A stretch of 64,000 bases of DNA, taken from Octopus vulgaris (taxonomy: Eukaryota). The notes below the pieces were generated by a model. The model saw nothing but the letters and a program-made list of their open reading frames with translations, searched no databases and was not told the origin of the DNA. The translations under genes and the position numbers were made by a program. The DNA is taken from NCBI GenBank assembly GCA_951406725.2, contig OX597828.1, positions 12,710,001-12,774,000 on the forward strand. Reading direction: 5' to 3'. Positions 13,435-28,847 of this stretch are shown here, one piece after another (position 1 is the first letter of the stretch; every line of letters starts with the position of its first letter).

Positions 13435-14297
13435 CTTTGAATTTCTCGAAGCACACACACACATTCACACATACAGACGATATATGAAAAAAATGGAACG
13501 AAAAACGTCGTTTAAAAGAGATAGAGTGGAGACATTTGAATATCGAAGAAAATTTCGATTAGATAGGATTAAAATAAAAGAATATTATCGGTCGTATAGA
13601 AAATAAATTAAAGGGTAGGCAGAGAGAAGAATTTTCCAGATAGAGTAAAAAAGAAACAAATAAGAAATTGAAGAAGTGGCGGGGAAATAAAAGAAACATC
13701 TATATAAAAATGTATATTGAAAATAGTTTTTAAAAAACATAAAAGATATAGCAGAAATATTAAATAAGACAGTCTGGAAGACATTGTATCACAGTATTAC
13801 AGTATCGACAAAGCCATCAGATGCTTTAATAGGAAAAATATATGAAAAAGAAAGAGTGGTGGGGAAAATGAAGTGAAACGAAATGGAAGGGAAGTGAAAC
13901 GAAATTAAATTAATAGAAAATTGACCTACTCTTCTCTTTGTTTTGTCCTTCAGATCAAGATATATTCACCATCGTGTTCCTTCAGCTATCCTTAATTTCC
14001 TAGAGAAGAGAGGTGGCTGTCCTTCCGGCCAAAGGTTAAACCTCCTTGGCCAAAATGATCCGAACGTTCGAAACATCAAAATGGTAGTATATATAGCTTC
14101 TTTCAGCCACAGAAAATGGTGAACCCACTTCATGTAGAGATTCGGTCAGGGAAATTAAGACACCTTTTTTTAGTGTCGTCTGAGATCTGTCCTAATAGAC
14201 ATCGTACCATTTCTTTAGTAGACCCCTTTCCATCAGCAGGATTACTGTCACAGTAAAGTTCTTGATCTTACTAGATGATTCCCAAAGGACTTTCGTC

Positions 14298-16475
<2,178 letters not shown>

Positions 16476-16567
16476 ACGCATAACTTTGAAAAACGGGTAA
16501 CATCCAACATTGAATGCATAAATATGTGTAAGCGTAGGTGTCTGTGTATGCATGTATCCATATATGT

Positions 16568-16603
<36 letters not shown>

Positions 16604-16606
<3 letters not shown>

Positions 16607-16808
16607 TTTTACTCTTTTACTTGTTTCAGTCATTTGACTGCGGCCTTGCTGGAGCATCGCCTTCAGTCGAGCAAATCGACCCCAGGACTTATTCTTTGTA
16701 ACCCTAGCACTTATTCTATCGGTCTTTTTTGTCGAACCGCTAAGTTACGGGAACGTAAACACACTAGCATTGGTTGTCAAGCGATGTTGGGGGACAAACA
16801 CAGACACA

Positions 16809-16845
<37 letters not shown>

Positions 16846-17010
16846 ACAAACACACACATATATACGACGGGCTTCTTTCAGTTTCCGTCTACCAAATCCA
16901 CTCACAAGGCTTTGTAGTAGAAGTCACTTGCCCAAGGTGCCACGAAGTGGCACTGAACCCAAAACCATGTGGTTGGTAAGCAAGCTACTTACCACACAGC
17001 CACTCCTGCG

Positions 17011-17012
<2 letters not shown>
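16604..17012 (-). mobile_element. CORE-type SINE
   Basis: Same family as 10576; ends CACTCCTGCGCC. Confidence 0.9.
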
Positions 17013-17072
<60 letters not shown>

Positions 17073-17106
17073 GAATATTTATATATGAATTATATGTATA
17101 CAGGCG

Positions 17107-17147
<41 letters not shown>

Positions 17148-17357
17148 TATTCAGCAGAAACAACAGAGTGACTAGAAGGCCGAAAGTTTCGTGCGTCAGC
17201 ACTTATCAAACTAATTACAAATAAAGGGATTCTGAATTTTGAGTTCCTTTGTTGCTTCTGCTAAATATCAATAAAAAATATATATAGGCTCGTTTTGAGT
17301 TCCATTTTTCATGCTAGCATCACCAAACCTCTCAAACCTCTCTCTTTCACACACACA

Positions 17358-17433
<76 letters not shown>

Positions 17434-17556
17434 TTTGATCATATCCAAAAGATCGTATACATATATATATATTTATGCATATATATATGTGTGTATGGAT
17501 GAAAAAATATATATGCTAACAGGTATATCGATATATATGTATACATACATACATAT

Positions 17557-17616
<60 letters not shown>

Positions 17617-17824
17617 TATATACCTGTGTGTTTTTGGTACGTATGTATAAACACACATACACACGCGCGGAGTTTCAAAGATCCTAATGTGAGCGAAACT
17701 TCGGAGTCAATATCAAAATGCTTATAACTAAATATTTCCTTTTATAATACATATTGAATTATTCATCAAATAATGTTTAAATTTCGTTTTAATGTCGATT
17801 TTTATAGATAAAAAGTTATGCATC

Positions 17825-17852
<28 letters not shown>

Positions 17853-17855
<3 letters not shown>

Positions 17856-18250
17856 GTGGCGAGCTGGCAGACACGTTAGCGCGCCGGGCGAAATGCTTAG
17901 CGGTATTTCGTCTGCCGTTACGTTCTGAGTTCAAGGTCGACTTTGCCTTTCATCTTTTCGGGGTCGATAAATTAAGTACCAGTTACGCACCGGGGTCGAT
18001 ATAATCGACTTAATCGGTCTGTCTGTCATTTGTCTCCTCTGTGTTTAGCCCCTTGTGGGTAGTGAAGAAATAGGTATTTCGTCTGTCGTCACGTTCTGAG
18101 TTCAAATTCCGCTGAGGTCGACTTTGCCTTTCATCCTTTCAGGGTCGATAAATAAAGTACCAGTTTCGCACTGGGGTCGATGTAATCGACTTAATCCCTT
18201 TGTCTGTCCTTGTTTGTCCCATCTATGTTTAGCCCCTTGTGGGCAATAAA
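17853..18250 (+). mobile_element. Dimeric Meta-domain-like SINE
   Basis: tRNA-like head GGCGAGCTGGCAGA...GAGTTCAA followed by two tandem GTCGACTTTGCCTTTCATC... bodies. Confidence 0.88.
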
Positions 18251-18513
18251 GAAATATATATATATATGTGTGTGTATGTGTGGATGTCTCTGCGTTTATC
18301 TGCACAGGTATACATATGTATGTATACCCACACAACCATGTGTGATGTATATGTATGTATGTATGTTTGTATGTATGTATGTATGTATGCATGTATGTAT
18401 GTATGTATGTATGTATGTATGTATGTATGTATGTATGTATGTATGTATGTATGTATGTATGTGTGCGTGTGTTCATAGATATAGATATATACATGTATAC
18501 AAAGGCTGACAGG

Positions 18514-18600
<87 letters not shown>

Positions 18601-18808
18601 GTGTGTGTGTGTCTGTGTATGTGTTATCGCGAATATTATTCTTACATAATCTATCGTAGTCATAATCTGTTCTGCAGATGTCGCTTCTTTATAGACTTTC
18701 TTCCTTAGAGGAAATTTTAATAAATAGCTACCCAAGCCTTGTCCGTGTGCATGTGTGTGTGTGTGTGTGTGCGTGCGTGTGTGTGTGTGATGCACGTGAT
18801 GTGTATGA

Positions 18809-18858
<50 letters not shown>

Positions 18859-18950
18859 TGTGTGTGCGTGCGTACGTACGAGAGAGGGTGGAGAGAAAAT
18901 GTAGGAATGCAGTGATGGAACCATTGTGACACGAGAAACGTTATGTACTG

Positions 18951-19021
18951 ACAGACGACAACTATGGTGGCGGACGACAGCTATGGAAACATACGACAGC
19001 TGTGGAAGCAGACGACAGCTA
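18951..19021 (+). repeat. 19-bp minisatellite x~4
   Basis: Units of the form CAGACGACAGCTATGGAAG. Confidence 0.7.
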
Positions 19022-19399
19022 AACCATGTTGATAGATATAGCAAATGCATCGGGCAGTTTATTTACTGCATAGACCTAAGTTAAATATTTGAATGAAGAA
19101 AAAAACGAATGGCTTAACAGATATTGGCAGATGAGTGGAAATGTTCTTATTCGGTTGATTGAATCGACCTTAATGTATTACTAGAATTCACTCCTTTGAT
19201 TGTACGTTCATACAGCGGGGGTTTAAACCCATGATAATTATTTCTAACTTTGATAATGTATAGTCACATTCATTATATGAATGATTCTTGCTTTTCGTCC
19301 TCCTCAGATTTGAACTTAAAACATGTGACGAAACTACATACCCTGAAGCATTTTATGTACCCCACTACAGTTCCGATAGCCATTTAAAAAAAAAAAAAA

Positions 19400-19459
<60 letters not shown>

Positions 19460-19461
19460 CA

Positions 19462-19665
19462 TTTCAACTATAGGCACAAGGCCTGAAATTTAAGTGGAGC
19501 GGGTAGGTTAAATACATCGACTCCAGTACTTCACTGATACTTAATTTACTGACCCCGAAAGGATGAACGGCAAAGCTGACCTCGGCGGAATTTGAACTCA
19601 GAACGTAAAGGCGTGCGAAATACCGTTAAACATTTTACCCGGGGTGCTATCGATTCTGCCACGTC
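19462..19665 (-). mobile_element. Meta-domain-like SINE next to a (TAA)n tract
   Basis: Family motif CCCCGAAAGGATGAA.GGCAAAG..GACCTCGGCGGAATTTGAACTC. Confidence 0.8.
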
Positions 19666-20059
19666 TAAACACCGGTGTCTCAGAATGATATGTGCAAATG
19701 ACCCGAGTGTTGAACAACATATGGCCGTCGTAAAAGTTATTCTTCTGTGACTTAGCAAAAGAGACATATAGAATAAGTACCAGGCTTACAAAGAATAAGT
19801 CCTGGGGTCGATTTGCTCGACTGAAGGTGGTGCTCCAGCATGGCCACAGTCAAATGACTGAAACAAGTAAAAGATGAAAGATAAAGAGGTGTGGTTGTGT
19901 GTTTCTCAGTCACATTTCCGGTTTCAGTCTTACATTGCGAGGCACTTGGGCAAGTGTCTTCTAACTATAGCTCCGGGCCAATCAAAACCTCGTGAGTAGG
20001 TTAAGTAGACAGAAACTGCAAGAAGCTTGTCGTGTAGTAGTGTGTACATATATATATAC

Positions 20060-20708
20060 ATGATGGCTGCCCCTCGTTATCGAGTATGGCCATTGCACGA
20101 AGCTTAACTGTTATTGGTGCTGTGATCGAATGTGACTTTTATTTTCTTTTTAAGGCTACAGCCAGCCATTCAGTTGATACTCACAGCACCATCAACAATC
20201 ATGAACAATGTTGTTCTCGTGCAATGCCTGTGCAAGAAGATTTTTTTTAAGTGAGGAAAGGCTGTGCACTGAGTCAATTCCACTCACTAAGCAACAGCAG
20301 CCATAATCCGAAAAGAAGAACAAGTCAACATCATCGGTGACCACTGAGCCGCAGGTTTTATTTCGGAGTTATCCCAGTTACCTGAGTTGCCTTCTCCTTG
20401 AAGGATGCCCTAACAAAGGCTAGGAGTCTTTCACTCCCAATGGTTTAACCGCGCGATCGGGTATTCAGTCCGATTATTTCCATGTCCCCGCGCATGATAC
20501 ATCGTTAAGACATTTATTGGATGGCCGTTGACTCTCAAGAGTTCCTCCGCCCTTTGACGGGTTTTGTTTTTCATCCCGCAGGGTGTCCAATAAACACCCT
20601 CCTCACCAAGCAAGCTTGGTGGGGTTGCCGGTTTAGTCGCCGACGGCCCGACCATGCAACAGGTTGTACTGGGTTACATGTTACCAGTAGCACTCAACAG
20701 TGACCTGA
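20060..20708 (-). mobile_element. Bipartite non-autonomous RTE derivative (5' UTR fused to 3' tail)
   Basis: RTE-like 5' motif GGGCATCCTTCAAGGAGAAGGCAACTC; tail ...CGATAACGAGGGGCAGCCATCAT, also present at 53022-53105 (+). Confidence 0.6.
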
Positions 20709-20712
20709 AATA

Positions 20713-20816
<104 letters not shown>

Positions 20817-22132
20817 ATATGCATGTCAATATATATCTGCGAATCTGTGTGTGCATGTGTATGTGTGTGTATGTGTCTTTGTGTTTGTCCACCATCACCA
20901 CTTCACAATTGTTGTTGGTTTGTATGCATCCTTGTAACTTAGCGGTTCGGCCTAAAAGACCGATAGAACAAGTACCAGACTTTAAAAATATATAAGCACA
21001 TAGAAGTAAACACTTCGGTAAGAAAGACACCCATGTTTGTTGAATTAAATCCTGTTTGCCAAATTTTGCACGGAAATTACAGGGTTCGATTCATTCCACT
21101 AAAATCATTCAAAGTGGTGTTCCAGCATGGCTGAAGTCACGTGATTGGAACAAATGGAAAATAAACGATGAAAGAATTCAAGAAATATGCTACAAATTAA
21201 ATTTCTAAATAATGGGGTTGAAATCTAAATACGAATTTCAAAAGACTTCATTACTGAGAAGTAAGCTGACCAAGTGTAAAAACTTCATATTTCAAAACAG
21301 AGCAAGCTAAACTACAGGAAAAACTCCATTTCTCAAACGGAACGAGCTGGCCAGCTAGAAGCCATATGTTGGGCAAATGTGACTACTATATCATCTGAAA
21401 CATTCTAATCTGAAGCTAAGTGCCAAAATAACATAATACATTACTTGACAAATTTTACATTTACTTAAATATGCGTTGTATAGGTTTCTGTTGGCTCGTT
21501 TATCAAAGAAAAATGACATTCCTAAAAGCTTTGTCGACGTTTGGAAAAATAACCAATGCTCTCGACCCTAAAACTGATCATTTTGCAATATTTCTTCTAA
21601 GCAGTGTGGGTGTATTTGGAGGAAATCTCTAAACATCGATCGATCATAAATCTTTTGTCCACGACAAAGCTTGAACTAAGTTCTTACACATTGATTTCAC
21701 TGTACATTGTTTGAAAGAGATAACCAAACTTTTATTTCGTTGTTTTTCTTTTGTGGCTAGAAACGCGATTATCTGTATTATATGCCATTTTTTTATCCTG
21801 AAAAGGAAATCGATAAACGCCCTCAAATCACCTGTAATTTACGTGTAAGATTTGGCAAACACCATTCAATTCAACAAACATTGCTGTCTTTCTTACCGAC
21901 ATCTCGACTTCAGTGTATTAAGTTGTTCTTGTTATTTTATATTTTTGTTTGTTATCTTGTATGTATGTGTGTGATATATCTAAGTTTTAGAAGTATAGAG
22001 ACATAATAATGTTCGTTTTCAAAACTGAATGTGTACGGAAAGTAAAACCGCGTCCGAGTCAAAAAATTATTTGGCTGAGAAAACATGCGCGTTAAGTAAT
22101 AGACACATTGATTCATATTAGAAAATAAACCA

Positions 22133-22135
22133 TCA

Positions 22136-22185
<50 letters not shown>

Positions 22186-22207
22186 GTTATTATTATTGTT
22201 ATTATTA

Positions 22208-22256
<49 letters not shown>

Positions 22257-22282
22257 CATCATCATCATCATTATCATTATTA

Positions 22283-22340
<58 letters not shown>

Positions 22341-22347
22341 CATCATC

Positions 22348-22378
<31 letters not shown>

Positions 22379-22403
22379 ATATTATTATTATTATTATTAT
22401 TAT
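22133..22403. repeat. (ATT)n/(ATC)n microsatellite
   Basis: Directly visible; followed by a Meta-like SINE at 22404-22598. Confidence 0.97.
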
Positions 22404-23502
22404 TAGGTTGGTGAGCTGGTAGAATTGTTAGAGCATCAGACAAAATGCCTTCCGGCTCTTTACGCTCTTAGTTCAGATCACATCATGGTCAACTTTGTCT
22501 TTCATAAAATACCAGTCGAGTATTGGGGTCCAATGTAATCAACTAACCCGCTCCCCCTAAAATCGCTAGCCTTGTACCAAATATTTGAAACCTTAATTAG
22601 TTGGTCGTTGTTATTCTTTTTCGTTCACTCAGCATTTCGGTGTTGTTCTGCCGGTATTGGATCGCTAAACATCAAGTTTGCACCCTTCAACTTTACTTGT
22701 GTAACATCTTTCTTATTGTCCTTCTTGTGTCAAATAAACAAACTTTCTGTAGTGGCAGGAAATTCACCTCTATACCCAACGTCTTCGACCAATGATTCTT
22801 TGAACTGTTCCTAAGGCTCCTATTATAATTGAGATAATGGTAACTTAACTTGTGTAACACTTTTCTTATTGTCCTTCTTGTGTCAAACAAACAAACTTTC
22901 TGTAAAGGCAGGAAATTCACCTTGATACCCAACATCTTCGACCAATGATTCAAACTAAGGCTCCTATTATAATTGAGATAATGGTAACATTACGCCGATT
23001 CCAGATTGTATTGTATTTTAGATCCTGGTATTTTCTCTTTTGCGTTCTTCATCTAAATTTTAATCAAACGAGAAAGCAACATTGATTAAGCCACTCTTTC
23101 CTCTTTATTGAGTTCAATATCTGAACGGGAATAGTCTCTCTGTTAGTCAGTATGAAGATTCACATCCCATAATACTTTTACAGTGTCTTTTCGAGGATGT
23201 GTTCCGTTTTTATAGCGTATCGTTTATCCATGTGTTCAAATTCATATTTTTCACAGATTTTCAAATGCATGATTTTAGTCATCTAGCCATTTTTCCAGGT
23301 CTTGTAGATCCTATGAACAAGCATTTTACATTCAGAGGCTATACCCGCAACCACCTCTGCTATCCTTTTAGCGAGATATCTTCCTTATCTATATACATCC
23401 TGTTGTACGTTGCTTAATTCTACGCAGCTAGAAGCAAGTTATCGTTCTTCAGCACTCACTTCATTAGCTGTGAAAATGACTTCTGATTTTAATACCGTTG
23501 AG

Positions 23503-23727
23503 TACTTTACTTTTTACCTTTTACTCTTTAACTTGTTTCAGTCAGTTGTTTGTGGTCATACTGGAGCACCGCTTTTAGTCGAGCAAATCGACCCCAGGAC
23601 TTATTCTTTGTAAGCCAAATACTTATTCTAACGGTCTCTTTTTCCGAACCGCTAAGTCACGGGGACGTAAACACACCAGCATCAGTTATCAAGCGATGTT
23701 GTGGGGACAAACACAGACGAACAAACG

Positions 23728-23758
<31 letters not shown>

Positions 23759-23930
23759 GCATATATACGGCGGGATTCTTTCAGTTTCCGTCTACCAAAT
23801 CCACTCACAAGGTTATGGTCGGCCCGAGGCTATAGTAGAAGACACTTGCCCAAGGTGCCACGTTGTGGGACTGAACCCAGAACCATGTGGTTCGTAAGCA
23901 AGCTACTTACCACACAGCCACTCCTAAGCC
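23503..23930 (-). mobile_element. CORE-type SINE
   Basis: Same family motifs as 10576. Confidence 0.9.
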
Positions 23931-24566
23931 TTCTAAACTTTTATTTCTCGTAAACTTTTATTTTCGTATCAATATGTTTTCTGTTCCTTGACCTAATGTA
24001 ATCTCTCTTTTTACTGCTATCAAAAATACCTCTCTACTGTCAGCAACGTACTTCCTTAACCTCTCTTCTTCTACTTGCACAGTTTTCCTCCATTCTTTCA
24101 GTTATGATAGAAGCTGTGTGTGTAAGGCCCAGTAATTTCCTTTACAGTGTCTTTTCGAGGATGTGTTCTGCTTTTAAAGTCGTACCATTTATCCATGTGT
24201 TCAACTCCATATTTTTTACAGATTTTCAAATGCATGGTTTTAGTCACCTAGCTATTTTTCCAGTTCTTGTAGATCCTATGAACAAGCATTTTACATTCAG
24301 AGGCTATAATTTCCTTGTTATTCTCTGAAAGTTCTCAAAGTTTTTTGTTCATTTGATTACTCTGGTGCTGTAGCTAATGATGGACATGGCTCTTGAATTT
24401 ATGGCACGAATGGGATTTATGTCACTGAGTTTGAATTTTAATCTTGTCCTTCGAAAATGTTCTCTCTTGACCTTATCTTTCATTGCTCTATCCCAAATAC
24501 AATCAATATCCAAACTTTCCAAATATTTATCTGTACAAAACACCCGTATCTTGTTCGGAAGACTTA

Positions 24567-24780
24567 CAAGTGGGTGTTGAAAAGTTTTGGGCTTTAAGAA
24601 TATCGCGAAAAGCCCGTTTAGAGGCCCAACCTTCTGAGTTCTTTTACAGGGTTTAGAAAAACCGAAGGACCGCTGCAACAAGTGTGAATCTGAGAAGGTA
24701 ATATGTTGGATAAAATCATAATTAACTAATCCTCTTGTATTTTCTTTTACCCAAAGCCAAGAATCTTCAGCAGCCCCTTG
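24567..24780 (+). mobile_element. Mariner-derived MITE (~214 bp)
   Basis: Imperfect TIRs CAAGTGGGTGTTGAAAAGTTTTGGGCTTT and AAAGCCAAGAATCTTCAGCAGCCCCTTG; TA TSDs; retains transposase C-terminus (KDRCNKCVNLR); second copy at ~45606-45800 (-). Confidence 0.8.
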
Positions 24781-25149
24781 TAGTCTTCTACTTTTATAGT
24801 ATTTGTCTTTCTTCGTTACAAAAATTCGCTGCGAAAAAATACCAAATTCCATCTTGGTGCCATTGCTAATCCATCCCACAGTACTGAGAACGGTATCCAG
24901 ATCCCTCTAAGTATCATTGTATAGCTTTACATCGTCCAGTAATAGCAAGTAGTTAACTATCTTTTCGTCTTTTCTTGGTCGTCAACATTTCGCAAGATGT
25001 TGACGAAAATACAATCTCAGCTTTGTCCCCTGTAGTATATGTTGTAATTTTCTTGAGTGTTTCTTTATCGAGGTTCTCATTACTGTTATTACTGTCGCTG
25101 CTTTTGCTGTTGTTTTTACTTGCTGCCCCCGCCGCCACTTCTGCTGCTG

Positions 25150-25586
25150 TGTTAAGCGGAGCGAAGCTGTTGAGCGAAGCTGTTGAGCGAAGCTGTTGAG
25201 CGAAGCTGTTGAGCGAAGCTGTTGAGCGAAGCTGTTGAGCGAAGCGGTCTTCGGGAGAAGTCCGAATCGTGGTCCTTTGCTATTCGTAAGACCCGCAGAA
25301 GAGAAAGCAGGTCAATCCCCGACACCGAGAGCATCGACGGATGGATGAATGCGCATCCAGGCTCAGCGGTTGCGTAGGAAGTCAGGGACAAGAAACAGGA
25401 AGAAAGAGTGAGAGAAAGTTGGAGCGAAAGAGAACAATAGGGGTCGCCACCACCCCCTGCTGGAGCCTCGTGGAGCTTTAGGTGTTTTCGCTCAATAAAC
25501 ACACACAACGCCCGGTCTGAGAATCGAAACCGCGATCCTCCGACCGCGAGTCCGCTGCCCTAACCACTGGACCATTGCGCCTCCAC
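25150..25586 (-). mobile_element. tRNA-head SINE, tail type B, with 13-bp tandem tail
   Basis: Same head as 4869; tail ends in (AACAGCTTCGCTC)x6; 60-bp direct repeats at 25090-25149 and 25587-25646. Confidence 0.9.
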
Positions 25587-26466
25587 TACTGTCGCTGCTT
25601 TCGCTGTTGTCTTTACTTGCTGCCCATGCCGCCACTTCTGCTGCTGCTCCTTACTGAGACGAGCAGACGTTTCTGCCAGAGCTCCGCAAAAAAAAAAATA
25701 TTCTGAACTGGATTACCTTGCAGACAAAATTTTTATTCTCTTTGTTCATTAAGAGAAGATTTTCGGTTTTTCTGAGGCCCCACCTCATTACCTGAAATAG
25801 AAGAAAGTTTTGTCTTTAGAAATGTTCAACCATTTATATATTTTTGGCAAATAACCATTGGTGTTGTTAGTTATGATTCAAAATGGCCTCAGACCTAGTA
25901 GCGAAAGGTGCTCGCCAGAGTGGTGGTAACAGTTTCTTTAATGACGAAGACAAACACACCTCAAAATTATTTTGAACTGAAGAGCTGAATTAAAAAAGAA
26001 AGCAGACAATGAAAAAAAAACCAATAAACAGCGCTCTAAGTTTAAATAATGCTGCACAAAGGAAGAATGGAAAACACGAAATAGAAAAATGTTGGAAATA
26101 TTAATTTGAATAGAGAAAAAAAAACTCCGAATAGCAACAATGGCGGCGACGGTGACAACCACGACAACGACGACAGCGACACCAAAGACAAGGAAACAAG
26201 GACGACAATGACGATGATGACAACGACAGCATCATGAAATCGTTGTGATTCAAAACAGAGTGACATGAGCCAGTCCAAGGTAAAAAAAAAAAGAATGAAT
26301 GGATGAGATATGTCGAGAAAGACAATGGTTCTTTGTCCGTAGAATTTGGCAAGGATTGGGCGAGGTGGAAGATAACATATCTCTAGTTTTCAAAAGATTG
26401 GAGAATTTCCATATGCTTTCGAAAGAAATGTTTGTGCAAACTCTGGCCGACTTATGGAAGGATGTA

Positions 26467-27032
26467 TTGGGTTGTCTGGAAAGTTCGTGCCGATTATTAA
26501 AGGAAAGAAAAAGGTCAATAAATACTTGCCATTACATTTTTAATTAACCAAATATGAACCATTTTGTTGCACAATGCATCTCCATCTTTCCTTTAACTTG
26601 AAAATACCCTCTTCCCAGAATTCAGGTAGTTTCATGGCAAAGAATTTATCAAGGTATCTTTTTACGTCATCCAAGGAATTGAAATTTTTACCATTCAGAC
26701 TATTCTGCAGAGACCTGAATAAGTGGAAATTCGAAGGAGCAATATCTGATGAATATGGAGGGTGGGGTATCACATCCCAGCCAAGCTGCAGCAATTTTTG
26801 TCTGGTTCCCAAAGCATCAAGTGCCGAAAATGAACTTTCTTATCTTCCATTTTAAAGGGTTACAGAATTAACACAGATTATAGGAACATAAACCTTATTC
26901 CACGAAAAGATAGCTTAAACTGTGCTCTAAATGGAGGTGTAGACAAATCCTATTTTATGGACTCAACCATGTTCTAAAATAAGTCGAAAGTTAAGCTACT
27001 ATAAATCGGCACGAACTTTCCAGACAACCCAA
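26467..27032 (-). mobile_element. Internally deleted mariner (mellifera-like), 566 bp
   Basis: TIR TTGGGTTGTCTGGAAAGTTCGTGCCGAT, TA TSDs, HPPYSSDIAPSNFHLF motif. Confidence 0.93.
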
Positions 27033-27519
27033 TATATTCTCTGACTGGGACAGGACATACGGAAGTGTGTGCCAAGTCTTTAAGATCGAGAATCAGGCGT
27101 CGAAGCAGGCAGAGCTAGAGTGTGACATACCTGCTCTTAGTTCACAGTTTGCTTCCACCTCACGTGAATACCGGGAAACTGGTACTCCGTCAGTTACGAC
27201 GACGAACGTTTCACTTGATCCGATTAACCGAACAGCTTGCTTGTGAAATAAATGTGCACTCCATACTCCACAGACACGCGTGCTCTTAACGTAGTTCTCA
27301 TAGAGATTCCGTGTGACACAGAATGTGCCAAAGCTGGCATTTTGAATTACGGGTACAACTCATTTTTGCCAGCTGAGTGTACTTCAGCAACGTAAAATAA
27401 ACGGACACAATGCGCTGCGTGGAATTGAACTCACGACCTTACAATCGTGAGCCGAATACTCTAACCACTAAGCCAAACACCTTCCGGGTCCAAGGAATAA
27501 AAGACTCTCAAACAGAGAA

Positions 27520-27931
27520 GTGTAGGAGTGGCTGTGTAATAAGCAGCTTGCTTACCAGCCACATGGTTCCAGGTTCAGTCCCAATGCGTGGCACCTTGGG
27601 CAGGTGTCTTCTACTATAGCCTCAGGCTGACCAAAGCCTTGTCAGTGGATTTGGTAGACGGAAACTGGAAGAAGCCCGTCGTATATATGTATATATGTGT
27701 GTGTATGTGTGGGGGGTGTATGTTTCTGTGTTTGTGTTTGCCCCCCAATATCGCTTGACAACCGATGCTGGTGTGTTTACGTTCCTGCAACTTAGCGGTT
27801 CGGCAAGAGAGACCGATAGAATAAGTACTAGGCTTACAAAGAATAAGTCCTGGGATCGATTTGCTCGACTAAAGACGGTGCTCCAGCATGGCTGCAGTCA
27901 AATGACTGAAACATGTAAGAGAGTAAAAGAG
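27520..27931 (+). mobile_element. CORE-type SINE
   Basis: Family motifs; shares its 3' flank with the 10576 copy. Confidence 0.9.
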
Positions 27932-28449
27932 TATGCTATTTATATTTTTATGTACTTCGAGATATTCCGAGGAGGAGGGACGGAGGAGGAGGAAATTGCA
28001 CCGGTCATATTTCTAAAACTAGCCAAGCTGAAACGAATAAAATGTTCTCATCCTCAGTGACATCGGAACCAAAAGACATCAATGAGGTAGGATTCCCGAG
28101 GATCTGACGCGATGGCGTCTCCTTTTCCTGCACAGAAAAGCCAGAGGCTACGTACAACAACAGTAGCATTTTTCATTGAGTCGTAATGGTAAGAAGTGAA
28201 GAATGGCGTCGGTAAAAAGAAAGAGAGAGAGCAGGAACATAGAAAACAGAGTGAATTGAGCATAAGATAAGGAAGAGATTAGAAGTCTCTCATCAAGAGG
28301 CACGCACTTTCACGAAGTGTCTGGACTTTCTGGCACTCGAAAAAAAAAAACCTTAGCCTGCTTGATCTGATACTTAGCTTAAAAAAAGACAAAACCAATA
28401 CTGTACTATATATATTGTACTATATATATTATATTGGCTATATATATTA

Positions 28450-28847
28450 CTAGCAGTATCGCCCGGCGTTGCTCGGGTTTGTAAGGGAAATAACTATATA
28501 AGCATTTTTAGAGAGTTATAGCCAAAAAATAGCAAAAAAATGCATTAAAAAAAGGAAAAAAAATTATGGTAATTTTTTTTTAAATCGTTGACTCATCGTA
28601 GACATTTTTAGAGAGTTACTTCCCTTATATAATAGCGAAAAAATGCGTTAAAATGGAAAGAAATGATGGTAAATTATTTTTTAAATCGTAGACTCATCGT
28701 AGACGCGCGCTAATACCCAGAAGGGCTCGATATGAATCACGACTATAAGATACCCGGTTTTGGTTAAACTGCACCGCAAAATGTGGGAGTAGTTAAGAAT
28801 CTAAATCGTAGGAGACAGACACACAACTTCACTTTTATATATAAAGA
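28450..28847 (-). mobile_element. Non-autonomous Helitron (~398 bp)
   Basis: Minus strand starts TCTTTATATATAAAAG and ends with hairpin CCCGAGC-AAC-GCCGGG then CTAG; inserted between A and T with no TSD; ~100-bp internal duplication. Confidence 0.88.

Larger units (their letters stand above)
22695..25010 (-). mobile_element. Degenerate R4/Dong-like LINE, fragmented by SINE and MITE insertions
   Basis: RT core remnant VNYLLLLDDVKLY (~24920-24960); C-terminus IISIIIGALGT...LQKVCL..T.R.IRK.L (22695-22990, duplicated). Confidence 0.7.

Noticed and set aside
13954-14125. Host exon after a polypyrimidine/AG site
   Set aside because: The one open frame stops after about 55 codons with no recognisable domain or convincing donor.
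21180-21780. Possible decayed coding sequence
   Set aside because: No sustained ORF or motif that I can recognise.
25159-25245. CRISPR-like short repeat array
   Set aside because: Head-to-tail 13-mers with no spacers, forming a SINE tail in eukaryotic DNA.
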